Shown here: piece by piece, positions 22,258-62,408 of the stretch
Position numbering within the stretch: the first letter of the stretch is position 1
Layout of the letters: each line of letters opens with the position of its first letter
Source of the DNA: the human T2T-CHM13v2.0 reference genome, Homo sapiens
DNA length: 64,000 nt
Reading direction: 5' to 3' (one strand)
Assembly (NCBI RefSeq): GCF_009914755.1
Contig: NC_060925.1
Notes under the pieces: generated by a model
Told to the model about the DNA's origin: nothing
The model's input: only the letters and a program-made list of their open reading frames with translations
Databases searched by the model: none
Program-made: the position numbers and the translations under genes

Positions 22258-23774
22258 CCACAGCCCAGGCCTGACGGACCCCTCAGCTGCTTATGTAACT
22301 GGGAAAGCTGGGGGAGGAGAACAAACCCCAGGCACGAGGCACGTCACACACACAGACACATGTCCCCACTGTAATGGAGCGGGGATCAGACAGAAAGACG
22401 GCTCCCAGAAACACACCCCCACAGAGCCATGGGCAAACACACACAAGCTGCAAAACAGCGATGCATGGTGTAGATTGGAGGGCACTCATCTCATCCATTA
22501 AAAACACACACCTAGGCTGGTGCCCGAGGGTGGGGTGAGCAGAGAAAGGAGGAAGGAAGCCCTTCAGTGAGTTTCCAGGCCAGACTGAGACACGAAGGAG
22601 GAGGGAGCCTGGGTTTGCAGAGAGACCTGGCAGGTATGCAGTAGTGACCATGAGGGACCCTGATGCCCGGCTGGGCTGTGTTGTCACTGCCATCACCAGC
22701 TTCCCACCTGCCCTCCATGTACTACCCCAGGCATGGGCCTGCATCCGACACCCGTCCTGTTTCACATGAAACAGGTCTCATTTCACCTCAAGATGACATA
22801 TACACAAGACACCAAGGTGACACTGAGGTGTCATGAGTATTGTTAAAGATAATTGAGACCCACGCTCTGCCCAAAAGCAGTTTATAATCCAGCTGAGATG
22901 TGACACACCACAGTCACAACCAAGCAGACAGCTCTCAGAGAGGAGCACGTTCAAAGACAGGACCATTCACATATGCTGACCTGTGTCAGGCACTAAATGT
23001 GATCTCATTTATCCTCATGTGCTATTATTATCCCTGTGAGAAAACTGAGGCATAGAAAAGTTAAGAAACTTGTCCAAGGTTAATGCATTAGTTACTGTCC
23101 ACACAGGGATTCGAAATGGATCGCCTCACTGTGGAGCCTGTGCTTCTAACTCCTGTTATGTTGCTGCTTAAAGACAAACGTCACTAGGGACACAGTTAAA
23201 TATGGGCTTAGCACACATGAGTATACACCAAGCTGTAGACACAGATACTGCCGTGGGGACAAAGTGACAAATACATCAAATACATAAGCACACATGCTCG
23301 TCAGACTGTCAGACATATAGAAATGGCACAAGCATACACATAGGACTCAGCTCTCTCTCTTTTAAATGTGTATCAACCGTAGCTTTGTGGGGAGCTAAGG
23401 ATCACACACAAGAATGTCCTGTGATTTGTGTGTGTTTATAAAGCATTGGCCCATACTGCCCTGATGAGCTATATTTTCCCACCCTCCCAGAAGGGAAGAT
23501 TCTCTCTGCTGAGTTGCTGAGAGGCTCAAGCAGAGTCAGAGACAGAAGTAGTGCAGAAACCTACCCTCGCCCTGATAACAAACTCATTCAGAGACACACT
23601 GAAACAGAAGTGCACACACAAAGATAAACACAGAGACATTATGCACACCCAAACACCAAACACACTCACAGAACCACAAAGCCATCTCCCCCCCGACACA
23701 CACACACACATTCGCTTTCCACCCTCTCCCTCCCCTCTTTTCTCCCTGAGCCAGGCATCTGCACCTTCATGGTG

Positions 23775-23777
<3 letters not shown>

Positions 23778-23824
<47 letters not shown>
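23778..23824. repeat. (TG)23 microsatellite
   Basis: Direct reading. Confidence 0.95.
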
Positions 23825-23825
<1 letters not shown>

Positions 23826-24971
23826 TACTCTCTGAACCCTCCTCTTTCCCTGGCTAGGCCCACACTCCTGCCCCCATTCTTGAACCCTATGCCAAGGGGA
23901 GCAGCACAGCTGTTCAGGAATAGCAGAGCCGCGATGCCACTGGGGCTTTGGCACGACCTGGCCCTGACTCCTGAGGGGGCCCTGCCAGTTCTGAACCAAG
24001 GATTCGTGCCAGCTGCCACCCACGCTCAAATGCCACACATGGATTCCTCAGAGCTGGAATCCCCTCGGTCTCCCTTCTGACCTCCTGACAAGTTCTTTGT
24101 TCCCCAGTCCCATCGGGTGGGTGCTGGGAGCCTGGGCTCCGCCCCAGATGCTCACCCATCCCACTTCTCCATTCCCAGTCTGCTAAGAGGGAACTGACAG
24201 CTCAGATATATGTCTGGAGGGTAGCGTGGGACTGAAGCAACCCCCACTGTGTGATATTACTTCTTCTCTACCCTGAGCAGCCTAGGGTGGGGTGGGGGTC
24301 AGCCAAGGGCAGGAGATGGCAGTGGTTTGGTTAGACAGAGGTTTGTGGGCTGAGTGTTGTAGATGAGCCTCAGGGGGCAGGAGGTGGGTAGCACCAGGTG
24401 ACTGCCAGTCATTTACGAGTTTGTCTCCACCCAGCTCTGAGTGGGGTGAGAAGGGAACAATTACTAATACCTACAGAGCACCTACTTCATGCTGGGCACC
24501 GTTGCACACACTCTGTGCACATTCATTCATTCAGCTTTCACAACAACCCCATGAGGTGAATACTACGAGTATCTCTATTTTACAGCTGGGAGACAGAAGC
24601 ACAGAAAGCTCATATAATTTACCCGAGGTCACACAGCTAGCAAATGGTAGCACCCAGATGCAAATGCAAGCTACCTGATGCCCAAACTTCAGTTTCCCAA
24701 ACATTCTTCTTCCCTTCTTCCTCCTGTTTCCCTAGCCTGCCCACATTGATTCATACATACATGTGCATATATTCAGGCACACACATGCATATCTGGTGCC
24801 TATGCAACCTTCTGAAATAACTTTTTCCACTACACAGCTCCAGCTTCCAGCACATAGTGAGTGTTCAATAAATATGTGTTGAATGGATGAATGCAGAATT
24901 GAAGGCCCAGGGAACAATGAGCGTTGTGTGTGTGGTGGTATGGGGAAAGAGGGAGGGGAAAGGAGGGATTT

Positions 24972-25002
<31 letters not shown>

Positions 25003-25012
25003 ACACATACAC
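24972..25012. repeat. (CA)n microsatellite
   Basis: Direct reading. Confidence 0.9.
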
Positions 25013-26219
25013 AGCCCTCTGCTGTGAATAATGTCAAAGACTCACTTCTAACTCTGGGGTCCCAGCCCTTCACAGCTACCTGGGTGGGAAAAGAGCAATG
25101 TAACCAGGCTTTACAGGATTCTCTGAAGTGGAAGAAGTCTCAACTCTCTCTTCCAATCAGAACAGAGGACAGGAGATGCAGAGAGAGCTCTGGAAGAGGA
25201 CTCAAGGCACACAGCCACCTGGGCCTTCCAGCCAGGCACAGCTCATCCTGTGTTTTCACCTCTCCCTGCCCCATGCCTGCCGCGCTGCAGGCTCTCCCCT
25301 GGCTCCCTCGGGACAGTCCCTGCTTCCTCTGCTTGTCCACCTGGACTCTCCAGGAACCCGGCACCCCTTGGTTATTTTGGCTGAAGAGTAGACAATTCTC
25401 CTTTTCCCTGTTCCAACTGAAACAAGGGTGGAATTTTTCCAAAGGCTCTCTATTAGGAAAGTGAAGGGAAAACAAAGCCAGAAATAAAGACTCTGAAAAA
25501 ACAAAGAAACAGATGGAACAGTGGGGGTGACCGAGCTGGCCATGGGAGAGAGCGGGGGCCCAGAGTTTTGATGCTAACGCGACCCACCCCCTTGCTCCCA
25601 CTGCACCCTGTTCTCAGCTCCTTGGTAGAGTTTCCCACTCTGCATTGTAATTACAGTGCTTGTTTATATCTGCCTCTCCATCCTGGCTGTGAGCTTCTCA
25701 AAGCCACTGTTAACTCTTTTTTGCCTTTCCCCAAAGCCTACAGAGTTTCCTGGCAAGGAGTAGAAGCTCAACAGACATTTGCTGAGTGACTGAGGAAGTG
25801 AGGACACGCCGAGTGACAAGAGAAGGAATCTGGGCCCTTCCTCTCTTGTGGTCATGTCACCTCCACAGTGGACACTGTTAGTTCCTCTGGAGTCCATCAT
25901 ACACTAGTCACTTCCATCTACAGCTGATAGAAAGTTCCTCCTCTTATTTCAGAACCTGAACCTTCCACCCCTCAGGAAACAACCAGGCTGGCTTCCTAAG
26001 CAGCCTAGGAAGGGCTGAGTTCTGTCCTGTAGGGCGGGAAGGACGCTGGAGATCAGATCAAGCTGAAAAAGAAATCACAGTCTGAAGGCCAGGACATTGG
26101 AAATCAAGGGCATAAAATAATTGCTAACCTTCACTGGGCACTGTAATTCTCAAAATGACTCTATAAGTTAGAGCTGTTAAAAAAAATTGAAGTTCAGAAA
26201 AGCTAAAAAATTTGCCCAA

Positions 26220-26521
26220 GCCAGGCACAGTGGCTCACACCTGTAATCCCAGCACTTTGGGAGGCCAAGGCCGGAGGATTGCTTGAGCCTAGGTGTTCCA
26301 GACCAGCCTGGGCAACATAGCAAGACCCTGTCACTACTAAAAATTTTTCAAAAAAACAAACAACGAGCCAGACATGGTGGGCACCAACTATAGTCCCAGC
26401 TACTCAAGAGGCTGAGGCAGGAGGTTTGCTTGAGCCTAGGAAGGTGAGGCTGCAGTAAGCCACAGTTGCACCACTACACTCCAGCCTGGACAACACAGCA
26501 AGACCCTGTCTCAAAAAAAAA
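26220..26521 (+). mobile_element. Alu (AluJ-like)
   Basis: Dimeric Alu with degenerate TSD AAAAAATTTGCCCAA / AAAAAATGTGTCCAA. Confidence 0.92.
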
Positions 26522-28859
26522 TGTGTCCAATTAGTGGTAGACCTAGGATTTCTTCTCCGGGCATTCTGACTCCACAGCACAAGCCTTCAGCCATGTTGCG
26601 GGCCGCATCTATACCATACAAATTATTGTCCTCAGAAGGAGCTGGGAGACAACAAAGATGTAGAGGTCCAACCAGCCAGCAGGGCAGGGTGACAGGGAAT
26701 CCAGCTGGTACTGAGGCCCTGAGCACTGGCATGAAGTATCCCAGCTCCTGAACTGGATAGCCCTGGGGAAAGGGGACTGGCCAGAACGAACCTGGAAATC
26801 AGGGGATGAGCCAGGTTACCAATCAGGAGCTCAGGCGTAAGAAATAAAGCTTCTGTGTTTTCAATTAAGTAAAAAGCTTGGGGGCTGGGATTTCAGAAGC
26901 AGACAGCACAGACCTGAATTTGCCAGCTGTGTAGCCTGAATCCCGTTACTCACTTTCTCTAGCCTCAGTGTCATCATCTGTAAAGTGAGAATTACTAGAG
27001 TACCGATCTCATTAATTTTTAAGGATTGTTGTGAAGATGAAATGAAAACATGTGTGTCATGGTGCCCCATTATGATCAAAGCTAGGGCCCACAGGCGCAG
27101 TGGGACCAGTGGCAAAGGAGAGGAGACTTCTAAATGGGTCTCTACTGTTCACTGCTTCCTCCATCTGCTGTCTCAGTTTACCCAGTCTTCTTTCCCCTTC
27201 CATCTCCCACAATCCCCTTGGGAGAGGATAACCTACGCCCTGCCTCAGCTTCCTCACCACACTCCTCAACCCTTCACAGGTTTATTTCCAAACTCAACCT
27301 GACATGGAAATGGTTTTCCCAAAGGACACACCAGTGACCTCTGAGTTGACAAAAAAAAAAGTGACCAGCTTTCCTTTCCCCCTGGCATCTGAAATCTGAA
27401 ACTGTTAGTTTTTTGCCCCTTAAAACTTGTTCCTTTCTCAGCTTCCTGGCCCCTCTACTCGGCCTAATTCTCCATCTCTCTGGCTTCCCTACCTTGCCAT
27501 CTTCCAGATCCTCTTCCTCTACCGTAGGTGTTACTACCCAGGATCCTCAGACCTCTGTCCTCTAGCTCCCCTGCCTGGGCCATCTCCTCTGCTCTCCTGG
27601 CTCAGTGTTCCCCTCCATGCAGGGGATTCCCATGGCCCATGCCCTCTCCCAAGCTCCAGTCCCCATTTCTATCACCCCCCACGTGCCTTCATCTGAAGCC
27701 CTGCCTGGAGCACCTCAACCTTCATATGCCCCCATGCAAACTTGCGGCTTATTTCCCAATCTCCTTTCTCCCCTACCCTTATTTTAGTTAACTTTGCACC
27801 AACGTCCTCACCACCCCCACCATCTCCAACGGCTTCCTTCCTTACTCTGATGTCCAATCAGCTGCCAAATACTGAAATTCTACCTCCCAAACATCTTTTT
27901 CATCCATCCCTGTCTCCTCTCTGTCTTGCTCCAGACCTTCACCACCTATAGCCCCCATCAGTCTCTCCCTTCCAGCCCAACATCCCGTCCACGTACAGGC
28001 ACACACCCTGCCATCAAATGAGCCTTCCTAGAACGCAATTTCAATGAGATTACTCCCCTGCTGAAAAACTTTAAGTGGCTCCATATTGTTTATAGCGATA
28101 TTTCTCAAACTTGCTTGGTGGTAGGAATACAGGTTCCCACTCTCCACGCCCACCCTCATGAATCAGAATCTTGAAGAAATGTACCTGTTCTTTTATAGTT
28201 TTAACAAGCACCCAGGTGATTCTTATCATCAGAGCCTTTTTAGGAAACACTAGCAATTAGAGTGGCAATTACTCTGGCATTCAAGGCCCTCCATGAAATG
28301 GCTCCAACATCTATTTCCAGTAGTACCGCCCATATTCCTTCCTTGTGCAGAGTGCTTCTGCTGTCTGTGCCTGTGCTCACATTGTTCCTTCTCCTTTATC
28401 TCTCTGAGTCAGATCCTACCTATCTGTCCAGGCCCAACTAGAATGCCACCTCTTCCATGAAGACCTTTTTGATTCTTCCAACTGAGAACCATCTCCCCCT
28501 TCTCTGGGCTCCCACCACCCTCTAAATGCTATGGTGAGCAACCAGCAGCCAGCAATACCTGGCTCAACACAGATGCACAAGAGTTGGCACTTTTTCTTCC
28601 CCTTTATCTTCTGGAGCACTCCTCACTGTCACCACTGCATCCAGACAGTTCTGGTCATTTACTCCTGGGGACAAGAACCCAAAGGAGAAGCTTCAGTGGG
28701 TCCTTACAGCATGGAAGTTAAATGTGCAGGCTCTGGAAACAAACTAACCAGGTTTGAACCGCAGCCCCCCTACTTGGGTAAGCTGAGGATCTGTGTGCCT
28801 CAGTTTTCCCATCTGTAAAATAGAGTTGTGAGGACTAAGTTAAGTACTACATGCTGTCT

Positions 28860-29137
28860 TCATTAGTTCTGGAGACTGGGAAGTCCAAGATCCAGGTGCT
28901 GGCAGATCCAGTATCTGGTGAGGGGTCCCTTCCTGGTTTGCAGATAGCCACCTTCTTGCTGTGTACCCCACATGATGGCCAGCAGAGAGAAGAAGAAAGC
29001 TCTCTCATGCCTCCTCTTAAAAGAGCACTAATCCCACCCTCATGACCTAATTATCTCCCAAGTGCCCCACCTCCTAATACCATCACATCAGAGGTTCAAT
29101 CTGTAAATTCTGGGGAGACACAAACATGCAATCTACA
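28860..29137. mobile_element. MaLR LTR (MST/MLT1-like) fragment
   Basis: TTCTGGAGACTGGGAAGTCCAAGATCCAGGTGCTGGCAG...CATGACCTAATTATCTCCC...GGGGAGACACAAACAT. Confidence 0.8.
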
Positions 29138-29253
29138 ATAAGTGCTCACTAACCGTTAGCTATGATGAGCTACAGATCTTAGGGACAATATAGTTCAGTG
29201 GTTCTCAAATCTGCCTGTTGATTCATCTGGGGAGTTAAAAAAAATACTGATGA

Positions 29254-29652
<399 letters not shown>

Positions 29653-31124
29653 CTAGTCCAACCCTCCACCCACTACTTTATTGACGAGAGGTAAAGGACT
29701 TATTCAAGTGCGCACAGCTGGTTAACTGTAGAGCAAGTCCCACACTGAAAGCCTCTGCCCTCCCTCTAGCCTAATCCAGAGTGATTTCCAATACGATTTC
29801 CAATACGCCATTGCGCAGCCTTTGCTCCCGCGTCATTGGGTTGGGAGAATCATCTAGGCAGGAGGCAGAGCCAGGCCCACTCAACCTCACTCAGCAAAAG
29901 TAGAGGTAAAGAAGTGGGGAAAGTTTGAGGAAATGGAAGTGGGGAGTCCCTAAGGACTATGAGCTTGGGAGGACAAGGTCAAGAATGGATGGGGGGATTT
30001 TGTGACTAAATGGCATGAGATTCTGAGAGAAAAGACAATGAGGGTGGGGATCTTGTTTGCCTTGATTGTAACTGTCTTTCTAGTACCTTGCACAGAATAT
30101 AGCATAAAGTACGTGCTCAACAAATGTTTGTTGAATGTCTAAATGATGCAATAACATCAAAAAGCACATGTTCTGTTTATTAAGTCACCCAGAGGGCACT
30201 CACATTCCTCAAGGGGGCAGTGGTGAGAACATCCAGAGGGGAGCACAAAAGTAAAAGAATCTTGGACTTTCAGAGACACTGAGGCACAGAGGAGGCCAAG
30301 CTCCCTGAAATTCCGAGGAGAGGCTGCTATGTGGGAGGGAGGCAGTGGCCCTGTGTGCCAGATGTTTGCAGGGCATCCTGAACTCTCTGAGCATACAGAA
30401 TGCCACAGGGGACAGGCAGATAAACAGAGCTGTATCCTGGGCCAAGTGGAGGGGGCCTGGTAAGGGAAGAGGGAGGTGGGAAGAAGGAGGCTGGGGGCCA
30501 AGCCAGCTGCCTCTTGATAGGGGGAGCGGGGAGGCGGGGTGCTCTGGGCCAGTGGTTGGTTCAGATCTCTGGCCAAAGCAAACCTGCCTCAGGGGGCTGG
30601 GGGACCTCTCCCTCCCTGCCCGGATGGAATCAAAGGCTAACAGGAACCCTGGAGGGTCCAGCTGTGACCCTTGCTCCTCACACTCAGCAGGGCCCATTAA
30701 CCCCGTCCTCCCCATATCCTCAACACACTTTTCCCAGCCCAAAGAATCTTTGCAAACAGACTCCCCTGGTATTTGCTGATCAGATACCAGCCAAGAGATG
30801 TCAGGTTTTCCCAGTCTCACCACCAGCCCTGCCTTCCTCCCCCAAAGATACCCAGACCCTGTCCCACCTCTCACAGCGGTGCTCTGTAAGAACCCAGGGT
30901 AGCCTTTGCTCAAACCGGAGCCCTTCCTTTTTTCCATGCCAAGAGTTAAAGGGATTCGATTCATTTCTATGAGTCATAATAATAAACAAAATAGGAGCAC
31001 CTGCCTCCATGCTCACAAACAAGACAGGACAACCTACCCTCTTGGATCTCCTTCTGAACCCAGGTCTCCAACTGATGGTTCTCACACAGGTACAACCTGC
31101 AGGTAACTCCTGCTGTTTACCTGA

Positions 31125-31504
<380 letters not shown>

Positions 31505-31972
31505 TGAAGATGCCAAGGTCAGAGTAGAGAAGCCTCTTGTCCAACATCACACAGGTGGTTAGTGGCTTCAGCAGGACTAGCCTCAGCTGACTTGACTTTC
31601 AGGCAAGAGTCCATTGCATTGGACCACGGTGGGGACTGTGAGAGGACAGGAGGGAAAGCAGAGGCACAGAATAGCCCAGGCCTTCATGCTCCTGGGAAGG
31701 GTTGACATGGGTTCCCTGGGCTACACCATGGGTCCTTTCCTTTTTCTCCCTTGGGACTTCCACGTGAAGAAGGCACAGGCAGAACACAACATGGAGCTAT
31801 CTGAATCCAGAGAGAAGTAAGAACGAAAGGAGGTGGGAATGCAGCACAGGCAGAGGCTGGGGAAAATGCTTCTGGGTGCTTTTACATCCTATTTTCTAAA
31901 TTCTATACAGTGTGGTTTTAACAATAAAGAGGATAATAAAAATACTCTGGGGAGAGATTAAAATGACAGAAC

Positions 31973-32111
31973 CAGCTGGGTGTGGTGGCGCATGCCAATA
32001 GATGCACAACTCTGGAGGCTGAGGCAGGATGACGGCTTGAGCCCAGGAGGTCGAGGCTGCAGTTGATCATGCCGCTGTACTCCAGCCTGGGTGACAGAGT
32101 GAGAATCTGTC
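31973..32111 (+). mobile_element. Alu right-monomer fragment
   Basis: GCTGGGTGTGGTGGCGCATGCC...CCAGCCTGGGTGACAGAGTGAGA. Confidence 0.85.
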
Positions 32112-32140
32112 CTTTTTTTTTAAGGGAGAGAGAAGAAGAA

Positions 32141-32524
<384 letters not shown>

Positions 32525-32726
32525 TAGACTGAAAAGAAAGACCATGTTGAAGGAATGGTTTAACAGATAAAGAAAAAAAATAAGATAAAAATAAAAGAAA
32601 GACCAAAAAGAAAACGGAGGAGCAGATGTTAAAGGAGAGATGGGGAGAAAATTCAACACCATCCTTGTAGTCCAGTGAGGAAACTGACACAGCAGCAGGA
32701 CTTGGACAGCCACTCTGGGGCTCTGA

Positions 32727-33056
<330 letters not shown>

Positions 33057-34033
33057 GATCCCAACCTTTTAACAGGTCACTATAACCTGAGGGAGTGGGA
33101 GGACAGAGGGCTGGAGAGGCAGGGAGAGTGAGAAGTCATCTTTCTTGGACACTTGTCATGGCCAGTCCAGGCCTTCCCGGCTCCCCTCATCTCATCCCCC
33201 AAGGTGGGCTCCCTTTGGAAGCAGAAAAACTCCACCCACACTCCCAGAAGACCTCAGAAGCCTGATAGCAGTGACAAGACCACAGGCCCTAAAGAAAAAA
33301 AGAAAGGAGAGTTAGAGGGAATGGAAGAAGGAGAAGAAGGAGAGATGCCCAGAGGGGGGTTGGCAGCCGAGAGGAGGACCAGAGGAGCAGGGCTGGAGAG
33401 CTGGGCCCAAATCAGGACTGGGGGAGAGAAGTGGGGTGCCGGGGCGGGAGGAGGGACGATGGGGGTGATAGAGCCTCCCAGCTCTTCCTTCCCTCCCACT
33501 CTCCCTCCTCCTCTCTCTCTTTCATGATCTTGAAACAACCTTCAAGTCTGGGCTGGAGGCCCCAGGAGGCCAGTCACTTAGGAAACAAAACTGTTTCTTG
33601 GAGACCTTGAAAGCCCATCTGCAGCTGAGCAGCGTCCCCACCCCCTCCCTGTGCACACACACATTCTCCCATGGACTCTCACGTACACCCACACCCGGCT
33701 TCACATGAGCTCCCCAATGGCCCACATGCACGCACACACGGACTCCACACTTGATCTTAGCCAAAAGGCCGAGAAGCGATGCGCACTCACGGACTCACAC
33801 GCACCTCTGTACTCATGCTTGCATACAGACAACCGATTCATAGCAGATTGGCCACACATCCGAATGAGTGTTGTCCTCTCCCCTGAGGAGCTCCTCCTTT
33901 GGAATGTGGTTTGGTACCACCACTCCGTCTCATACCTCACACAGGACCCAACGCTCAGGTCCTCCCAGTCATTAACTAGCACACATCTGTACACAGGCAC
34001 ATGCACACTCCTGTCTCTCTCCAACTGTCTTGG

Positions 34034-34060
34034 TCTCTCTCTCTCTCTCTCTCTCTCTGT

Positions 34061-34097
<37 letters not shown>
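34034..34097. repeat. (TC)n(AC)n compound microsatellite
   Basis: Direct reading. Confidence 0.93.
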
Positions 34098-34099
<2 letters not shown>

Positions 34100-36714
34100 C
34101 TTACCAACCAAATATTTGATTCAGGACCACTCCATCCCCACTTTGCCCTTGGTGGATCCCCCTCCTGATCTGTGACTTTCTCAGCCCACTCCCCAGCCCA
34201 GGCATCTTGGCCTTCCATCCTCCTGCTTTCAAGTCTTTCTTTCTCTCTCCTTTGCTCCTCTTACTCCAAGGGCCTTGATCCAAACTGGTACTGCTGACTG
34301 TGTTTGAAGAAACAGTAGCCCAACCCAGGCACTCCAGATCAAACGATCAGGTGTCTACACCTGTTAATATCCTGGAGGCTGAGGTTCATGGTGGACAAGA
34401 AGGAGGTAGACCACTCCAGAGCCTCAGCTCTCACTGGGCAAGGAGGGTGGTCAGTGATGCACGGTGGAAGTATAGGCCCTGGGTGTCCTGCCCACTCTTT
34501 GATTTCTCTGAGCCCTAAATATGTGAGCAGCAGCGCCCCTCGGGCTGTGCTCTCGCCCAAATGCAGGGCATGGCAGGGAGCCCCAGCAGGCTGTAGGGGC
34601 AGAGGAAGGGCACATCCTTTCCGGTATTGAGTTTGGCCACAGGGACCAGAGCCAGGGCCTTTGGAAGGACTGGGCAGTACTGGGAGGTGCCAGCAGGGGT
34701 GAGGGGTGGGATGAAAACTGTTAGAGTGCTTGAGGTTTGCACACCTTCAGATTCGGGGACTGACGTTTTCTCTCCTATCTCAGGTTGTGTTCTGGAGAGG
34801 GCTGGGCAGAAGATTACCCAGGAATTCCAACCCAGGAACCTACGGAACAGGCGCTTCCTAAACCCCAATTTATCATGTTGTTCCCACAGCCCCCAGGCAA
34901 GCCTGCCCCAATGTTGATCTCCCTAGCTGCCTCGGGGCCACTCTGGAGTGACTTTGCTTTAGACAGTCTCTCCTGGTGTCTAACCACAGGCTTTCCCGCT
35001 ACTCCCCTCTCACTCTCTCCTTAACACACAGGGGCTGAACTGGTATCTGTTCCCTTCATTGTTTCCTCCCTCTGCCCATTCTCTCCCAAGACCAAATCTG
35101 AGCTCGGAGAGGGGGGCCATGAGAAGGCCCTGTTGGCCCCATCCTACCCACCCTTTCTGACTGTAACCCAGAGAGGGAAGGAGCGTGGAAGTGAGATGTG
35201 ACCTACCAGGTCCCTGTAATGGAAAATCTCAACTGCAGGCCCGGAGGGGGCCAGTTATTTAGGGAATTCAGATGTTAGCCTTGTGCCCTGAGAGTGGATT
35301 TGCTAGAGGAGAGGCTGATAATCCCTCTGCAGGGAGTTCCCTCTGGGGCCAGAGATGGACCCAGCCCAGCCAGCAGGCACCTTAGGCCTCTGGCCAAAGC
35401 CCCCCTTCCCTCCCTCCCTTCCTCTCTGCTTTCTTTGCACTCAGGACACTTAGACCTGCCCCACTCCGCTGGCTTCCCCTCACTCCATCTCTGTGCCCAG
35501 AGAAACAGGGGTACTCCAGGGGAATCCTGTCCTCTGACTGTTCCCAGTAGAAGGCGGGAGCAGAATTTTTTCTTTTCTCTCTGCCCCTTCTGGGTTCCCC
35601 TTCCTCTCTGTGCCCCTCATCCTTTGGATTACTCATCAAATGAGCAGCAACAACACCCCTAGACCAGCTGGTCCTGTCCTGGGTCATCTCGTTGTCCCCA
35701 GTTTCTAGCTGGTATAAGGTTAAAGATACCCTTTCCAGCCCCAGGCAAAGCCTTAGGCATTTCTGGGATTGCTCCTGACTCTGATGGGCATCCTCACTCC
35801 TCAGACATTTCCAATCTCCCCCACTTCACTGCAGAGAGGCCTGTTCTCCAGCCTCAGTCCTGCATGCTGCAGCTTTGCTTCCCCTTCCCCACTGGAAGAA
35901 GGAAACAGTCGCTCTCCTTTCCCGTTCACATGTCTGATATTTGCTATGATATTGACCTTCACACACATCTTAGAGGTTCTGTATTTTCCTCTCTTTTGAC
36001 TTCTCCCTATCACTACTCTACTCAGGCATAGATTCAGTCTAGAGCTCTTCAACAGCAATGAAACGGTAAACGAGGGGTAAACAAAACCCAGAGATGTCAT
36101 CAGGTGCCTGCTAGGAGTCCCACCCGTTCCCCTCTAGCCCTGGCCTGCCCCTCCCTACCAGAGTCTTGATTCTCCTTCAAAACTTTGGAGAGGTTACATC
36201 TGGCAGGGTTTGGGGACACCCTCTTGCCTCCATCTCCAAACTTCCCGCTGCCTCCCGAGCCACCTTTGACTCCTCCTGGGCCCCCCTTCCAGGTGCCTCA
36301 AGTGCAGAGGTCAGCCTTCGGTTCAAATTCTATTTCTGGGCTTCAGTGTCCCTGCAACCTCTATAATAGAAGGAACAGAGTGGTCTATGTTTCTTTCTTT
36401 CTCTGGGAGATTGGATGTAGACTCGGGAGACCTGAGTTCTGGCTCTGTCTTATCAATTCAAATTGTTTAATCTCTCTGAGCCTCAGTTTACCCACTTGGA
36501 AAAGAAGAGTTAGGCCACATGGTCTCTGTCATCCTGGGATTCTGAGTCAACTGCTCCCCTTCAGCCAGATCCTAGGGGGCATATCCCCCCAACCTGGGAC
36601 CCAGGCCCCCTTCCCTTGCAGCCTCTCTCAGTTGTGAGTGCCACAGGCCAGAGGGGGTTGAGAGGAGCCAAGGGGGGGCATGCCGTGGGACAAACGGGCT
36701 GTCTAGGGCCAGTG

Positions 36715-36845
36715 GCTAAAGGGGCGGGAGGGGAGGAGTCCTCAGGGATCCTGTTTCAACAAACGTTTCTTTCGGAGGAGGGGAAGGCGGGGGAGAGGGG
36801 GAGAAGGACCTATTTAAAGCTACCCTGTTGCTTTGGCTTTCTCTG
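36715..36845 (+). promoter_or_regulatory. ATP1A2 core promoter: GC boxes plus TATA-like TATTTAAA (36811-36818)
   Basis: GGGGCGGG at 36721 and GGCGGG near 36786. TATTTAAAG about 130 nt before the ATG. Confidence 0.8.
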
Positions 36846-36943
36846 TCTGCCAGGGTCTCCGACTGTCCCAGACGGGCTGGTGTGGGCTTGGGATCCTCCT
36901 GGTGACCTCTCCCGCTAAGGTCCCTCAGCCACTCTGCCCCAAG

Positions 36944-62408
<25,465 letters not shown>

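Noticed and set aside
30187-30246. Cluster of CTCF-like words (CCTCAAGGGGGCAG etc.)
   Set aside because: Each has core mismatches and no CpG retention. Too weak to call without ChIP data.
30209-30964. 251-aa intergenic ORF
   Set aside because: No recognisable homology or codon bias, and similar-length ORFs overlap on both strands.
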